In this document: one piece after another, positions 1 through 9,285 of the stretch | Position numbering within the stretch: the first letter of the stretch is position 1 | How the letters are laid out: the number at the start of each line of letters is the position of its first letter | The notes under the pieces: generated by a model | Told to the model about the DNA's origin: nothing | The model's database searches: none | The model's input: the letters and a program-made list of their open reading frames with translations, nothing else | Program-made: the position numbers and the translations under genes | Assembly: GCA_022843285.1 (NCBI GenBank) | Contig: JALHNY010000001.1 | Coordinates: 79,128-143,127, forward strand | Length of the DNA stretch: 64,000 nt | Reading direction: 5' to 3' | Origin: Minisyncoccota bacterium | GTDB taxonomy: Bacteria; Patescibacteriota; Minisyncoccia; UBA6257; 2-01-FULL-56-20

Positions 1-1
1 G

Positions 2-1012
2 TTGCCAGATATAGAGGAGAGGATGAAGGTGGCGGGAGAATATCTGAATTCTGATCGGGAACCTGCGGGAGGGTGCGAATGCGTATACAAGGCACGTAAG
101 AAGCACTGTACGAGTTTCCAGCTATCAAACCCGCATATACCCGATTATTCCGTTCACGATTTGTCTGGCGTAAGTAAGAAGAAACTCGACCTTTTCGTCG
201 CGCGAGGCATCTTTGACCTGAACGATATTCCCGATGATTTTGAGCTGACAGAAAATCAAAAGAATCAAGTACTCGCGCACCAGCGGCAGAAGCCAATGAT
301 TGATACAAGGAGGATACAAGAGGAGCTTGGCACGCTTACATTCCCGCTCTATTTCTTCGACTACGAAGCATTCGGCCCAGCGATACCTGCATTCAGTGGA
401 TACGGTCCGTACAAACATATCCCGTTCCAGTTTTCTCTTCATGTACTTCGCACTTCCGATAGTCCCCTTGAGCACATAGAGTTTCTCCATGAGGATTTGT
501 CCGATCCGTCAGAGCGAGTTACCGAACTACTCAAAGAGCACGTGCCGCCCGGGGGAACCGTCATCGCGTGGTATAAGCACTTTGAGAGGATGGTCTGCAA
601 AGAAATTGGAGTGCGTTTGCCGCAACACGCTGCGTTTTTTGAGGAGTTCAACGGCCGCATTTACGATCTCATGGATGTGTTCCATGACCAGTACTACGTA
701 CACCCTGGCTTCAAGGGGAAGAGTTCTATAAAGAAAGTGCTACCGACACTTGCCGCTGATTTACGCTATGACCTTCTGAATATCAAAGAAGGCGGTCAGG
801 CCGCCGATGCGTGGTGGCGCATGGTATCGCCAGCTACTTCTCCCGAGGAGAAAGAACAAATCGCCCATGACCTTAAGGTGTATTGCGGCTTCGATACGTA
901 TGCTATGTATGCCATTTGGCATCATCTACATGAAATGGTTGCTGACGGCACAGTGTCCGCTCGATCCCTGTACGCGCCTATTCACGAGAATGAGAGATCA
1001 AACACCAAGTAA
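2..1012 (+). CDS. DUF2779-domain protein (RNase H-like/nuclease-associated), 5' end probably outside the window
   Basis: Motifs YFFDYE, PYKHIPFQFSLH, DLMDVF..YYVHPGFKGKSSIKKVLP and LKVYCGFDT are typical of DUF2779 proteins. GC is visibly lower than in the flanking core genes. Confidence 0.75.
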   Translation: MPDIEERMKVAGEYLNSDREPAGGCECVYKARKKHCTSFQLSNPHIPDYSVHDLSGVSKKKLDLFVARGIFDLNDIPDDFELTENQKNQVLAHQRQKPMIDTRRIQEELGTLTFPLYFFDYEAFGPAIPAFSGYGPYKHIPFQFSLHVLRTSDSPLEHIEFLHEDLSDPSERVTELLKEHVPPGGTVIAWYKHFERMVCKEIGVRLPQHAAFFEEFNGRIYDLMDVFHDQYYVHPGFKGKSSIKKVLPTLAADLRYDLLNIKEGGQAADAWWRMVSPATSPEEKEQIAHDLKVYCGFDTYAMYAIWHHLHEMVADGTVSARSLYAPIHENERSNTK

Positions 1013-1179
1013 GCCTATTGCTTTTAAAGCAGACACCTTCACAGAGGAGAGACTTTCTTTCCCGATTGTTCTTTATCCGGGGCATTATGGAGCGTGTTTT
1101 GCCTTCAAACAAAACACCGATATGACACGCAGCATTCCTGTGATTTTCACGACATCACTCTGAAGGCTATACTCCCCCC

Positions 1180-1707
1180 ATGAACTCCAAAAAAGGTTTC
1201 TCGACACTTTCTGTGCTTCTCGTAATCGCGGGTATCGCGGTGCTCGCCGCGGCTGGGTACATCTTCGTGCAGTCCCAGGCCACCGATACAACCGCAAACA
1301 ATCCTTCTCCGTCTCCGGCAGCTCAGGAGAACGCTGACGTGCGTGGCCCCCGCCCCACTGAATCCGAAGAGATCTCCGCCACCTGGCAGCTCACCGATGC
1401 CGGCGAGCGTGAGAACATTCCGTACACGAACGTCGCCGTCACGGTGAACGGCAAGGCGTACGACATGGGCAGCTTCGCGGGCAGCTGCAGCGAAATTGGC
1501 GAGAGCGGCGGCGTAGACGGCAAGGGTCTCCTCGCCGGTGAGCTGTTCGCGGTCCAGTGCTGGTTCGCCGGTGGCGGCGACGAGATTGGTGTCTTCGCAC
1601 ACGAGGACGGCGGCTTCGAGATTCTCGTCGGGCAGCTCGGGGAGCCCACCGAGGGCTCAGCTGGCTTCCGCGGCAACTTCACGGTCAAGCACTCCGTTCC
1701 GCTCTAA
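1180..1707 (+). CDS. Membrane-anchored/secreted hypothetical protein with prepilin-like N-terminus
   Basis: KKG|FSTLSVLLVIAGIAVLAAAG, then a Pro/Ser/Thr linker and a domain with 2 Cys. TATACT lies 6 nt before the ATG. Confidence 0.7.
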   Translation: MNSKKGFSTLSVLLVIAGIAVLAAAGYIFVQSQATDTTANNPSPSPAAQENADVRGPRPTESEEISATWQLTDAGERENIPYTNVAVTVNGKAYDMGSFAGSCSEIGESGGVDGKGLLAGELFAVQCWFAGGGDEIGVFAHEDGGFEILVGQLGEPTEGSAGFRGNFTVKHSVPL

Positions 1708-1716
1708 GCGCGACGG

Positions 1717-1747
1717 AAAAAAAGCCCGGCACTAGTTGCCGGGCTTT
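1717..1747. terminator. Bidirectional intrinsic terminator between convergent genes
   Basis: AAAGCCCGGCA-ctagt-TGCCGGGCTTT inverted repeat with an A-run on the left. Confidence 0.75.
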
Positions 1748-3054
1748 CTGCTGTACCCACCGGAGCTGCGCTGGGGTCCGCGCGGCGTGCGTCGGCGCGG
1801 GGGACGGCTGCTCGAGCCGGAGGGTGACGCCCCGGGGCCGCCGGAGGTCCTGCGCGCGCCACGGTTGCCGCGCCCGCCGGGGCCGCGGAACCCGCCACCT
1901 CGTGCCGGGCGGCGCGGCTCGTCGGAGTACGTGCGGGTTGGCGGCTCGATGCTGCCCGCCGCGCGGGGCATGGCCATCTTCATGAGGCGCTCGATCTCCT
2001 CGACGTCGCGCTTCTGGTCCGGCGCGGCGAACGAGATCGCGTGGCCGGATGCCCCCGCCCGCGCGGTGCGCCCGATGCGGTGCACGTAGTCCTCGGCGTC
2101 CATGGGGAGGTCGTAGTTGACGACGAGCTCGATGCCCTGGACGTCGATGCCGCGCGCGGCAATGTCGGTGGCGACCATGACGCGGTACTTGCCGCGCTTG
2201 AAGCCCTCGAGCGCCTCGCGGCGCTGCGCGAGCGAGCGGTTGCCGTGGATCTCGGTCGAGGAGTGGCCCGCCTTGCGGATGGCGAGCGCGAGCTTCTTCG
2301 CGCCGTGCTTGGTGCGCGTGAAGACGAGCGTCGTGCCCTTGTACTCGCCGAGCACCTTCGCGAGGAGTGCTTCCTTGTCCGGGCGGTGCACGAAGTACAC
2401 CTCCTGGGAGACGTTCGTCGCCACGGTCCCGGGCGGCGCGATCTCGACGTGGGTCGGCATGCGCATCTGCGACTGCGCGATGGCGATGATGGGCTTGGGC
2501 ATCGTCGCGGAGAAGAGGAGCGTCTGCTTGCTCGCGGGGATAGCCGCCAGGATGTCCTTGAGCTGCGGCAGGAAGCCCATGTCCAGCATGCGGTCCGCCT
2601 CGTCGAGGACGAGGATGTTGATCCGGTTCAGGTGCAGCCTCTTCTGCTTCATGAGGTCGTTGATGCGGCCCGGCGTGCCGATGATGAAGTGGGGGTTGGC
2701 GCGGAGTCCGGACACCTGGCGGTTCTGGCTCTCGCCGCCGACCACGAGGACGCTCTTGAGCCCGAGCGGCTGGGCGAGCGGGCGGAGCGCCTCCTGCACC
2801 TGCTGGGCCAGCTCGCGCGTGGGCAGCACGACGAGCGCGAGGTTGCCCCGCAGCGCGCCCGCAATCAGCGGGATGCCGAAGGCGAGCGTCTTGCCCGTGC
2901 CCGTCTGGGCGAGGCCGATGACGTCCTGACCCTGCATGGCGAGGGGAATGGACTTCTCCTGGATGGGGGTGGGCGTGGTGAACTTCAGCTTGTCGAGCAC
3001 GCCGAGCACCTTCGGCGGGATGCCGAGGCCGTAGAACGAGGGGGAACCTTCCAT
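1732..3054 (-). CDS. DEAD-box ATP-dependent RNA helicase
   Basis: Q motif (TPIQ), AQTGTGKT, PTRELA, TPGR, DEAD, SAT, ARGID, HRIGRTAR and an RG-rich tail. Start placed at ATG 3054, 6 nt after TACAGT. Confidence 0.95.
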   Translation of the reverse strand: MEGSPSFYGLGIPPKVLGVLDKLKFTTPTPIQEKSIPLAMQGQDVIGLAQTGTGKTLAFGIPLIAGALRGNLALVVLPTRELAQQVQEALRPLAQPLGLKSVLVVGGESQNRQVSGLRANPHFIIGTPGRINDLMKQKRLHLNRINILVLDEADRMLDMGFLPQLKDILAAIPASKQTLLFSATMPKPIIAIAQSQMRMPTHVEIAPPGTVATNVSQEVYFVHRPDKEALLAKVLGEYKGTTLVFTRTKHGAKKLALAIRKAGHSSTEIHGNRSLAQRREALEGFKRGKYRVMVATDIAARGIDVQGIELVVNYDLPMDAEDYVHRIGRTARAGASGHAISFAAPDQKRDVEEIERLMKMAMPRAAGSIEPPTRTYSDEPRRPARGGGFRGPGGRGNRGARRTSGGPGASPSGSSSRPPRRRTPRGPQRSSGGYSRKPGN

Positions 3055-3144
3055 GGGCGCACTGTACCACGGACGGAGCCCGCGTGCGTGGCGGCAGCTC
3101 CTTGTCACTACGCCCCGCTGTCAGTATTCTTTTCCCCGACCTGA

Positions 3145-3217
3145 GCCCCTATAGCTCAGTTGGTAGAGCAGCTCCCTTTTAAGGAGACGGTCCTAGGTTC
3201 GAGCCCTAGTGGGGGCA
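3145..3217 (+). tRNA. tRNA-Lys (anticodon TTT), CCA not encoded
   Basis: GCCCCTA TA GCTC AGTTGGTA GAGC A GCTCC CTTTTAA GGAGA CGGTC CTAGG TTCGAGC CCTAG TGGGGGC A folds as a cloverleaf. Confidence 0.95.
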
Positions 3218-3239
3218 CACCCTTTGCGTTTCTCAAGTC

Positions 3240-4493
3240 ATGACATCACACCCAAAGACGTTCCTCGGCATCATCATCGCCCTGACGGTGCTCGCCGGCG
3301 TCTTCGTGTACCCCTGGTCTCCGCTCGCGCAGTACCGGCCGTGGCGCCTCGGCCTCGACCTGGTCGGCGGGTCGCACCTGACGTACCAGGTTGACCTCTC
3401 GAGCGTCGCCGAGGCGGACCGCCCGTCCGTCCTCTCGGGCCTGCGCGACGTCATCGAGCGGCGCGTGAACCTCTTCGGCGTCAGCGAGCCGCAGGTGTAC
3501 GTCGCATCGAGCGGTGACACCAGCAACCTCGTCGTCGAGCTCGCGGGCATCCGCGACGTGGGGGAGGCCATCAAGCAGATCGGCGAGACCCCGCTCCTCG
3601 ACTTCCGCGAGGTTGAGGTCACCGGCAGCTCGACGGAGGACGTGCGGTTCATCCCGACCCCCCTCACCGGGCGCTTCGTCACGGGCGCGCAGGTGGTGTT
3701 CGACCCGAACACGCGCGCGCCGCAGGTCGCCCTCTCCTTCAACAGCGAGGGCGCGAAGATTTTCGCCGACCTGACCGAGCGCAACATCGGCAACCCGATC
3801 GCCATCTTCCTGGACAACAACATGATCTCGAGCCCGGTGGTGAACGACAAGATCACCGACGGCAACGCGGTCATCACGGGCGTCTCGCTCGAGGAGGGCA
3901 AGCAGCTCTCGGAGCGCTTCAACGCCGGCGCGCTGCCCGCGCCCATCGAGCTCGCGAGCCAGCGCACCGTGGACCCGTCCCTCGGCACGAACTCGCTGAA
4001 GACCGCCGCCGTCGCCGGCATGGTCGGCACGCTCGCGGTCATGCTCTTCATGGTCGCGTACTACCGCGTCCGCGGCCTGTACGCGGCGCTCGCGCTCGTC
4101 ATCTACGTCATCCTGACGCTCGCGCTCTTCAAGCTCATTCCGATCACCATGACGCTCGCGGGCCTCGCCGGCTTCATCCTGACCATCGGCATGGCCGTGG
4201 ACGCCAACATCCTCATCTTCGAGCGCATCAGGGAGGAGGAGCGGGACGGCAAGTCGCGGCACGCGGCCATCGTGGAGGGCTTCCAGCGCGCGTGGCCGAG
4301 CATCCGTGACTCCAACGTGAGCTCCATCATCACGGCGGTCATCCTGTACTACTTCACGAGCGGCTTCGTGCGCGGCTTCGCCCTGACGCTCCTCTTCGGC
4401 GTCCTCGTGTCCATGTTCTCCGCGATCACCACGACGCGCCTCTTCCTCCTCGCCTTCGCACCCAAGTCGCGCCCCGCGCACCACGCACGCTAA
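3240..4493 (+). CDS. secD: Protein translocase subunit SecD (compact)
   Basis: LGLDLVGG, RRVNLFGVSEP, AGALP, IGMAVDANILIFERIREE, IRDSN and VRGFA motifs. Confidence 0.95.
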   Translation: MTSHPKTFLGIIIALTVLAGVFVYPWSPLAQYRPWRLGLDLVGGSHLTYQVDLSSVAEADRPSVLSGLRDVIERRVNLFGVSEPQVYVASSGDTSNLVVELAGIRDVGEAIKQIGETPLLDFREVEVTGSSTEDVRFIPTPLTGRFVTGAQVVFDPNTRAPQVALSFNSEGAKIFADLTERNIGNPIAIFLDNNMISSPVVNDKITDGNAVITGVSLEEGKQLSERFNAGALPAPIELASQRTVDPSLGTNSLKTAAVAGMVGTLAVMLFMVAYYRVRGLYAALALVIYVILTLALFKLIPITMTLAGLAGFILTIGMAVDANILIFERIREEERDGKSRHAAIVEGFQRAWPSIRDSNVSSIITAVILYYFTSGFVRGFALTLLFGVLVSMFSAITTTRLFLLAFAPKSRPAHHAR

Positions 4494-5383
4494 TGTTCAA
4501 CATCGCAAAGCTCCGCAACCTGTACCTCGGCATCGCGGCCGTGCTCCTCATCGCCGCCATCTCGCTGATCGGCAAGTACGGCTTCGAGCTCGGCATCGAC
4601 TTCACCGGTGGTGCGCTCTGGGAGGTCTCCGTCCCGTCCGCGACCCCCGAGCAGCTCGGGTCGGCGATCAGCGCGTCGACGGACACCACGGCGCACGTCA
4701 GCACGGACGCGACGAGCGGCCACTACCTCGTCCGCCTCGGCGACGCGTCGCCGGAGCTGTACCAGAACGTGCGCACCGTCGTGGGCGAGCAGTTCGGCGA
4801 GTACTCGGAGCACAGCTTCCAGTCCATCGGCCCGTCCGTGTCGGGCAAGCTGCGCACGGGCGCGCTCGCCGCGATCATCACGGTCATCACCCTGATCTCG
4901 CTCTACATCGTCTTCGCGTTCCGCGGCGCGACGGGCACCCTCGGCAGCTGGGCGTACGGCGTGTCGACGCTCGTCACGCTCTTTTACGACGTAGCCCTCC
5001 CGTCCGCGGTCATCGCCGTGCTCGGCCACTACGGGCAGGTCGAGCTCGACACGAACTTCGTCGTGGCGCTCCTGGTCATCATGGGCTTCTCGGTGCACGA
5101 CACCATCGTGGTGTTCGACCGCGTCCGCGAGAACCTGCGCACGACGCGGGGGACACTCGGCGAGATCGTGAACGCGTCCGTGCGCCAGACCCTCGCCCGC
5201 TCGCTCAACACCTCGTTCACCCTGGTCCTGGTGCTCATCGCCCTCCTGGTCCTGGGGCCGCCCACCCTCTGGTACTTCATCCTGATCCTCCTGATCGGCA
5301 CCGTCGGGGGAGCGTACTCGTCCATTTTCGTGGGCGCCCCCATCCTCCTGCTTTTCGGCCGAAAATCCGGGAAAAAGGGGTGA
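4493..5383 (+). CDS. secF: Protein translocase subunit SecF
   Basis: GIDFTGG, IGPSV, GFSVHDTIVVFDRVREN and RSLNTS motifs. TAATG stop/start coupling to secD. Confidence 0.95.
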   Translation: MFNIAKLRNLYLGIAAVLLIAAISLIGKYGFELGIDFTGGALWEVSVPSATPEQLGSAISASTDTTAHVSTDATSGHYLVRLGDASPELYQNVRTVVGEQFGEYSEHSFQSIGPSVSGKLRTGALAAIITVITLISLYIVFAFRGATGTLGSWAYGVSTLVTLFYDVALPSAVIAVLGHYGQVELDTNFVVALLVIMGFSVHDTIVVFDRVRENLRTTRGTLGEIVNASVRQTLARSLNTSFTLVLVLIALLVLGPPTLWYFILILLIGTVGGAYSSIFVGAPILLLFGRKSGKKG

Positions 5384-5391
5384 GCCGAGCC

Positions 5392-5420
5392 TTGACGTAT
5401 CAGCCAAACTAAGTCATTAT
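5392..5420 (+). promoter_or_regulatory. Putative sigma70 promoter
   Basis: TTGACG-17 nt-CATTAT upstream of ORF 5436. Confidence 0.5.
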
Positions 5421-5435
5421 TATCCCACAAAACCG

Positions 5436-6467
5436 ATGTCCATCAACAAACTCATCGAGAACGCGTGGTCCCACCTCCAGCCCCGCCAGCAGGACATCCT
5501 CGCTGGCCGCTTTGGCGTCGGCGAGTACGACGAGCAGCAGACCCTCGCGGCTCTCGGCGACCGGTACGGCATCACGCGCGAGCGCGTCCGGCAGATTGAG
5601 TCCGCCGCGCTCGCATCGCTGCGCGAGGGCCTCTCCGAGTACCCCGAGGCGAAGGCCCTCGTGGAGAAGGTGCGCAAGGTGGTGAAGGAGCACGGGGGAG
5701 TGGCGTCCGTCGACCAGGTCATCGCGGGCACCCGCGCCGACGCGAAGGACATCACGCCGAACTCCCTGCAGCTCATCATCCGCGCGATGAACAGCATCCA
5801 CTACCACGCGGGTGACGACCGCTTCGTCGCCGCGTACGCGACCGACGCCGCGACCTTCAAGCAGGCCTCCGAGACCGTGTCGGCGTGGATCAAGCTCCTC
5901 GAGCAGAAGAAGGGCTCGGTCATCTCCGGTGACGCGTACCGCAAGCTGCTCTCGTCCTTCAGCAAGGACCGGGGCGTGCCGCTGCGCCACCTCGAGCACT
6001 TCGCGTCCCTCTCGAAGCAGATCGTCACGAACTCGTACGGCGAGACCGGCCTGTCCCACTGGACCGAGGTGAACCCGCGCACGGTCCGCGACCAGATCTA
6101 CCTCATCCTGCGCAAGCACGACGCGCCGCTCCACTTCGAGGAGATCGCGACCGCCATCAACAAGAGCGGCATCTCGGCGCGCCCGGCGCTCTCTGCGACC
6201 GTGCACAACGAGCTCATCAAGGACGAGCGCTTCGTGCTCGTCGGCCGCGGCAAGTACGCGCTCGCCGAAGCTGGGTACGAGCCCGGCACCGCCCGCGACG
6301 TGGTGCACCGCATCCTGTCCCAGAAGGGCCCGCTCACCCCGCCCGAGGTCATCCAGGCGGTGCAGAAGGAGCGCCTCTTCAAGCCGAACACCATTCTCGT
6401 GAACCTGCAGAACCGCCAGCACTTTACGCGCAACCCGGACGGCACGTACCAGGTTCGCGAAGCCTAG
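5436..6467 (+). CDS. Sigma70 region-4-like HTH plus C-terminal HARE-HTH (RNAP delta N-terminal-like) protein
   Basis: N-terminal RQQDILAGRFG..TLAALGDRYGITRERVRQIE resembles sigma region 4. C-terminal PLHFEEIA..TVHNELIKDERFVLVGRGKYAL is a winged HTH. No sigma region 2. Confidence 0.75.
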   Translation: MSINKLIENAWSHLQPRQQDILAGRFGVGEYDEQQTLAALGDRYGITRERVRQIESAALASLREGLSEYPEAKALVEKVRKVVKEHGGVASVDQVIAGTRADAKDITPNSLQLIIRAMNSIHYHAGDDRFVAAYATDAATFKQASETVSAWIKLLEQKKGSVISGDAYRKLLSSFSKDRGVPLRHLEHFASLSKQIVTNSYGETGLSHWTEVNPRTVRDQIYLILRKHDAPLHFEEIATAINKSGISARPALSATVHNELIKDERFVLVGRGKYALAEAGYEPGTARDVVHRILSQKGPLTPPEVIQAVQKERLFKPNTILVNLQNRQHFTRNPDGTYQVREA

Positions 6468-6476
6468 GCAGCTCGC

Positions 6477-7682
6477 ATGGACGTCATTCTCAGCCTCGTC
6501 GGTGGAGCGCTGCTTTTCGTGCTGTCCCTCTGGTGGATCGCGCTGCCCATCGCGCTCATCCCGCTGATTCTCTCGGCGCTCACGTTCTGGCGCCAGCAGC
6601 TGTACAAGGCCAAGTCCATGGAGTCCGTCCTCCTCGAGCTCCGCATCCCGCCGGACCTCCTGCGCAGCCCGCGGGCCATGGAGCAGGTCCTCATCGCCAT
6701 GCACGGCCTGAGGAACGCGCCGAAGACCTGGCGCCAGTACCACATCGACGGGCAGGTGACGCGCTGGTTCTCGTTCGAGATCGTGAGCGAGGGCGGCATG
6801 CTCCGCTTCTACGTGCGCACGCCCGCCGCGCTGCGCAACCTCGTCGAGGCCTCGCTCTTCTCCTACTACCCGGAGGTCGAGATCATCACCGTCCCGGACT
6901 ACGCCGCGGACATTCCCGACACCATCTACGAGATGGAGGCCAACGGCCTCGACGTGTGGGGCACCGAGATGACCGCCGCGAAGGACCCGGTCATCCCGTT
7001 CAAGACGTACGCCCACTTCGCCTCCGGCGAGAAGGACGGCATCGACCCGCTGTCTTCGCTGGTGGAGATCCTCGGTAAGATCAGGGCTGGCGAGTTCGCC
7101 GGCGTGCAGATCATCGCCGCGCCCGCGGACAGGAAGTGGAACTCCGGCGGGGGAGACCAGATCGCGAAGCTCAAGGAGTCGGGCATGCTCACCCCCGGGG
7201 AGTCTGCCTCCGTGAAGGAGATCGAGGAGAACGTGAGCAAGCCCGCCTTCAACACGCTCGTGCGCGTGCTCTACGTGGCGCCGAAGGAGGGCTTCAGCAG
7301 CGCGCTCGTCGCGAGCGGCGTCGGCAACGCGTACAACCAGCTCAGCGGCCCCAAGTACAACGCCTTCGCCCCGACGCAGGGGGTCGGGGGCAAGGGGGAG
7401 GCGCTCCGCTTCTCGAAGGCGCGCATGCTGTGGGCGTACCGCCGCCGCGCCATCCCCGAGTCCGAGTACATCGGCAAGGTGCTCACGAGCAACGGCAAGC
7501 TGCGCAACTTCTCCGAGCGCTGGGCGCCGATCAACGTCGAGGCGCTCGCCACGATGTTCCACCCGCTGACCTCGTCGGTGCTCACGGCCCCGCACATCGA
7601 GCGCCTCAGCTCGCGCCGCGTGTCGGCTCCCGCCGGGCTCCCGATCTACGGCGACGACGAAGCCATCAAGCGATTCCTGTAG
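6477..7682 (+). CDS. Membrane-anchored hypothetical protein of the type associated with coupling-protein-like ATPases
   Basis: N-terminal TM helix; motifs LLELRIP, FSFEIVS, FYVR, YPEVEI and EALATMFHP. Co-oriented with the ATPase genes. Confidence 0.65.
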   Translation: MDVILSLVGGALLFVLSLWWIALPIALIPLILSALTFWRQQLYKAKSMESVLLELRIPPDLLRSPRAMEQVLIAMHGLRNAPKTWRQYHIDGQVTRWFSFEIVSEGGMLRFYVRTPAALRNLVEASLFSYYPEVEIITVPDYAADIPDTIYEMEANGLDVWGTEMTAAKDPVIPFKTYAHFASGEKDGIDPLSSLVEILGKIRAGEFAGVQIIAAPADRKWNSGGGDQIAKLKESGMLTPGESASVKEIEENVSKPAFNTLVRVLYVAPKEGFSSALVASGVGNAYNQLSGPKYNAFAPTQGVGGKGEALRFSKARMLWAYRRRAIPESEYIGKVLTSNGKLRNFSERWAPINVEALATMFHPLTSSVLTAPHIERLSSRRVSAPAGLPIYGDDEAIKRFL

Positions 7683-7685
7683 CCC

Positions 7686-8174
7686 ATGGAGACCATCTCA
7701 ACCGCCTACACCGTCTTGCAGATCTTCGTCATCGCGATTGACGCGGTGCTCGTCGCGCTCTTCGCGTGGGTGCTCTCCAAGGCGCACGCCGCCAAGCCGG
7801 ACATCATGGGTGCCCCCACCTCCACCACCGCGCAGACCGCGGCGACGAACCGGGCGAAGGCCGTGCAGGAGGCCTGGGCTGGCATCGAGGCCCAGGCTGC
7901 CCGCGGCGCCGAGGGGCAGCGCCTCGCCGTGATTGACGCGGACCGCCTCGCAGACCGCCTGCTCAAGGATGCCGGCTACGCGGGCGAGGGCGCGCTCGAC
8001 CGCATGCGTCAGCTCCCGGCCGACCGTCTCGCGACGGCCTCCGACCTGATGGCCGCGCACCGCTTCCGCAACCGCCTGGTGCACGAGGTCGGCTTCACCC
8101 CGTCAGACCGCGACCTGGAGAGCGCGCTCGCGCAGTACCGCGCGTTCCTCTCCGAGGTCGGGTACCTCCCGTAG
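7686..8174 (+). CDS. Hypothetical membrane protein with HEPN/DUF4145-like C-terminal motif
   Basis: TM helix, then AVIDADRL and AHRFRNRLVHE, which contains an RxxxxH motif. Confidence 0.6.
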   Translation: METISTAYTVLQIFVIAIDAVLVALFAWVLSKAHAAKPDIMGAPTSTTAQTAATNRAKAVQEAWAGIEAQAARGAEGQRLAVIDADRLADRLLKDAGYAGEGALDRMRQLPADRLATASDLMAAHRFRNRLVHEVGFTPSDRDLESALAQYRAFLSEVGYLP

Positions 8175-8177
8175 CAG

Positions 8178-9284
8178 ATGGCAGAGAAGGGACAGAATCG
8201 CATCCAGCTCCACGCGGTGAAGTACTCGCCGCCGCCGGCCGATTTGCCGGTGTACGGCGCGAACTCCGGCGCGCAGATGACCGTGCTCGGGCGCAGCACG
8301 TACGTCGCCGCGCTCGACGAGCAGCGCTACGTGTACGGCATCCTCGAGGAGGATCGCGCCGCCGGCGTGCACGTGCTCGGCCGCGCCGGCATGGGCAAGA
8401 CGAAGCTGCTAGAGTCCATGGCCCGCCAGGACATCGCGGCCCGGCGCACCTTCGCCGTGATCGACGCGACGGGGAACCTGGCCACGAGCATCCTGCCGCT
8501 CCTCGACGGGGAGGCGAAGTCGCAGACGGCGCTCATCGGCAACGGCTGGGACGCGAGCGTCTCGCTCCTGCCGCGCTCCGGTGACGAGCTCCGCTTCGCG
8601 GACACGCTCGCCACCGCGACCGCCGAGTACGCGGGCACGAGCTTCGACCCGCTGCTCCGCCGCGAGCTCGCGGCCGTCCTGTCCTCGCAGAAGTTCGCTA
8701 CCGTTGCCGACCTCCTCCCCGCGCTTCCCGTGAAGCCCGTGATGGAGCCGGTGCGCGCGCTCCTCGAGGACCTGCTCGACCACCCGACCGCAAAGGCCGC
8801 GCTCTCCGGCACCCGCCCGATTGCCGGCAACGTCATCGCCGTGCTCTCGCCAGCGGACCTCGGCTTCTCGCGCGCCCGCGCCATCGCGCACCTGGTCAGC
8901 GACGCGGTGCTCTGGGCGCGCGAGCACGACGAGCTGCCCACGCCCTTCTACGTGGACGGCCTCGAGCTCCTGGGCGGCAGGGGAGGCGTGGCGCTCCTGC
9001 GCGACATGGCAGCCGCGAAGGTGCTGCCCGTCCTCGCGCACCGCGCCTACGCCGACGTGTCCGATGCGCTCCTGTCCGCCATGTCCGCAACGATTGGCAC
9101 CGAGGTCGCGTTCCGGCTCTCCGGCGAGGACGGCTCGCGCGCGCGCAACGAGTTCGCGCAGACCTTTGACGTGCGCGACTTCCTCGTGCTCGCCACCCGG
9201 CAGTGCTACGTGAGGCTCCAGATCAGGGGAGAGATTCGCGAGCCGTTCTCGGCGGAGACGCTGCCGCTCGTGGCCCCGAGATAG
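8178..9284 (+). CDS. Degenerate HerA/VirD4-TraD-like P-loop protein (shortened paralog of 10057-11766)
   Basis: Walker A GRAGMGKT; Walker B altered to FYVDGLE; C-terminal GTEVAFRL..EPFSAETLP parallels GTMVAFRV..RPFSASTLP in the 10057 protein. Confidence 0.7.
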   Translation: MAEKGQNRIQLHAVKYSPPPADLPVYGANSGAQMTVLGRSTYVAALDEQRYVYGILEEDRAAGVHVLGRAGMGKTKLLESMARQDIAARRTFAVIDATGNLATSILPLLDGEAKSQTALIGNGWDASVSLLPRSGDELRFADTLATATAEYAGTSFDPLLRRELAAVLSSQKFATVADLLPALPVKPVMEPVRALLEDLLDHPTAKAALSGTRPIAGNVIAVLSPADLGFSRARAIAHLVSDAVLWAREHDELPTPFYVDGLELLGGRGGVALLRDMAAAKVLPVLAHRAYADVSDALLSAMSATIGTEVAFRLSGEDGSRARNEFAQTFDVRDFLVLATRQCYVRLQIRGEIREPFSAETLPLVAPR

Positions 9285-9285
9285 C

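Noticed and set aside
3145-3240. tRNA-Lys as an island integration site
   Set aside because: Both flanks are core genes, there is no integrase, and I saw no duplicate of its 3' end. The T-arm at 42676 has a different sequence.
5419-5430. Replication origin (TTATCCCACA)
   Set aside because: It is an imperfect isolated box, with no box cluster, unwinding element or dnaA nearby.
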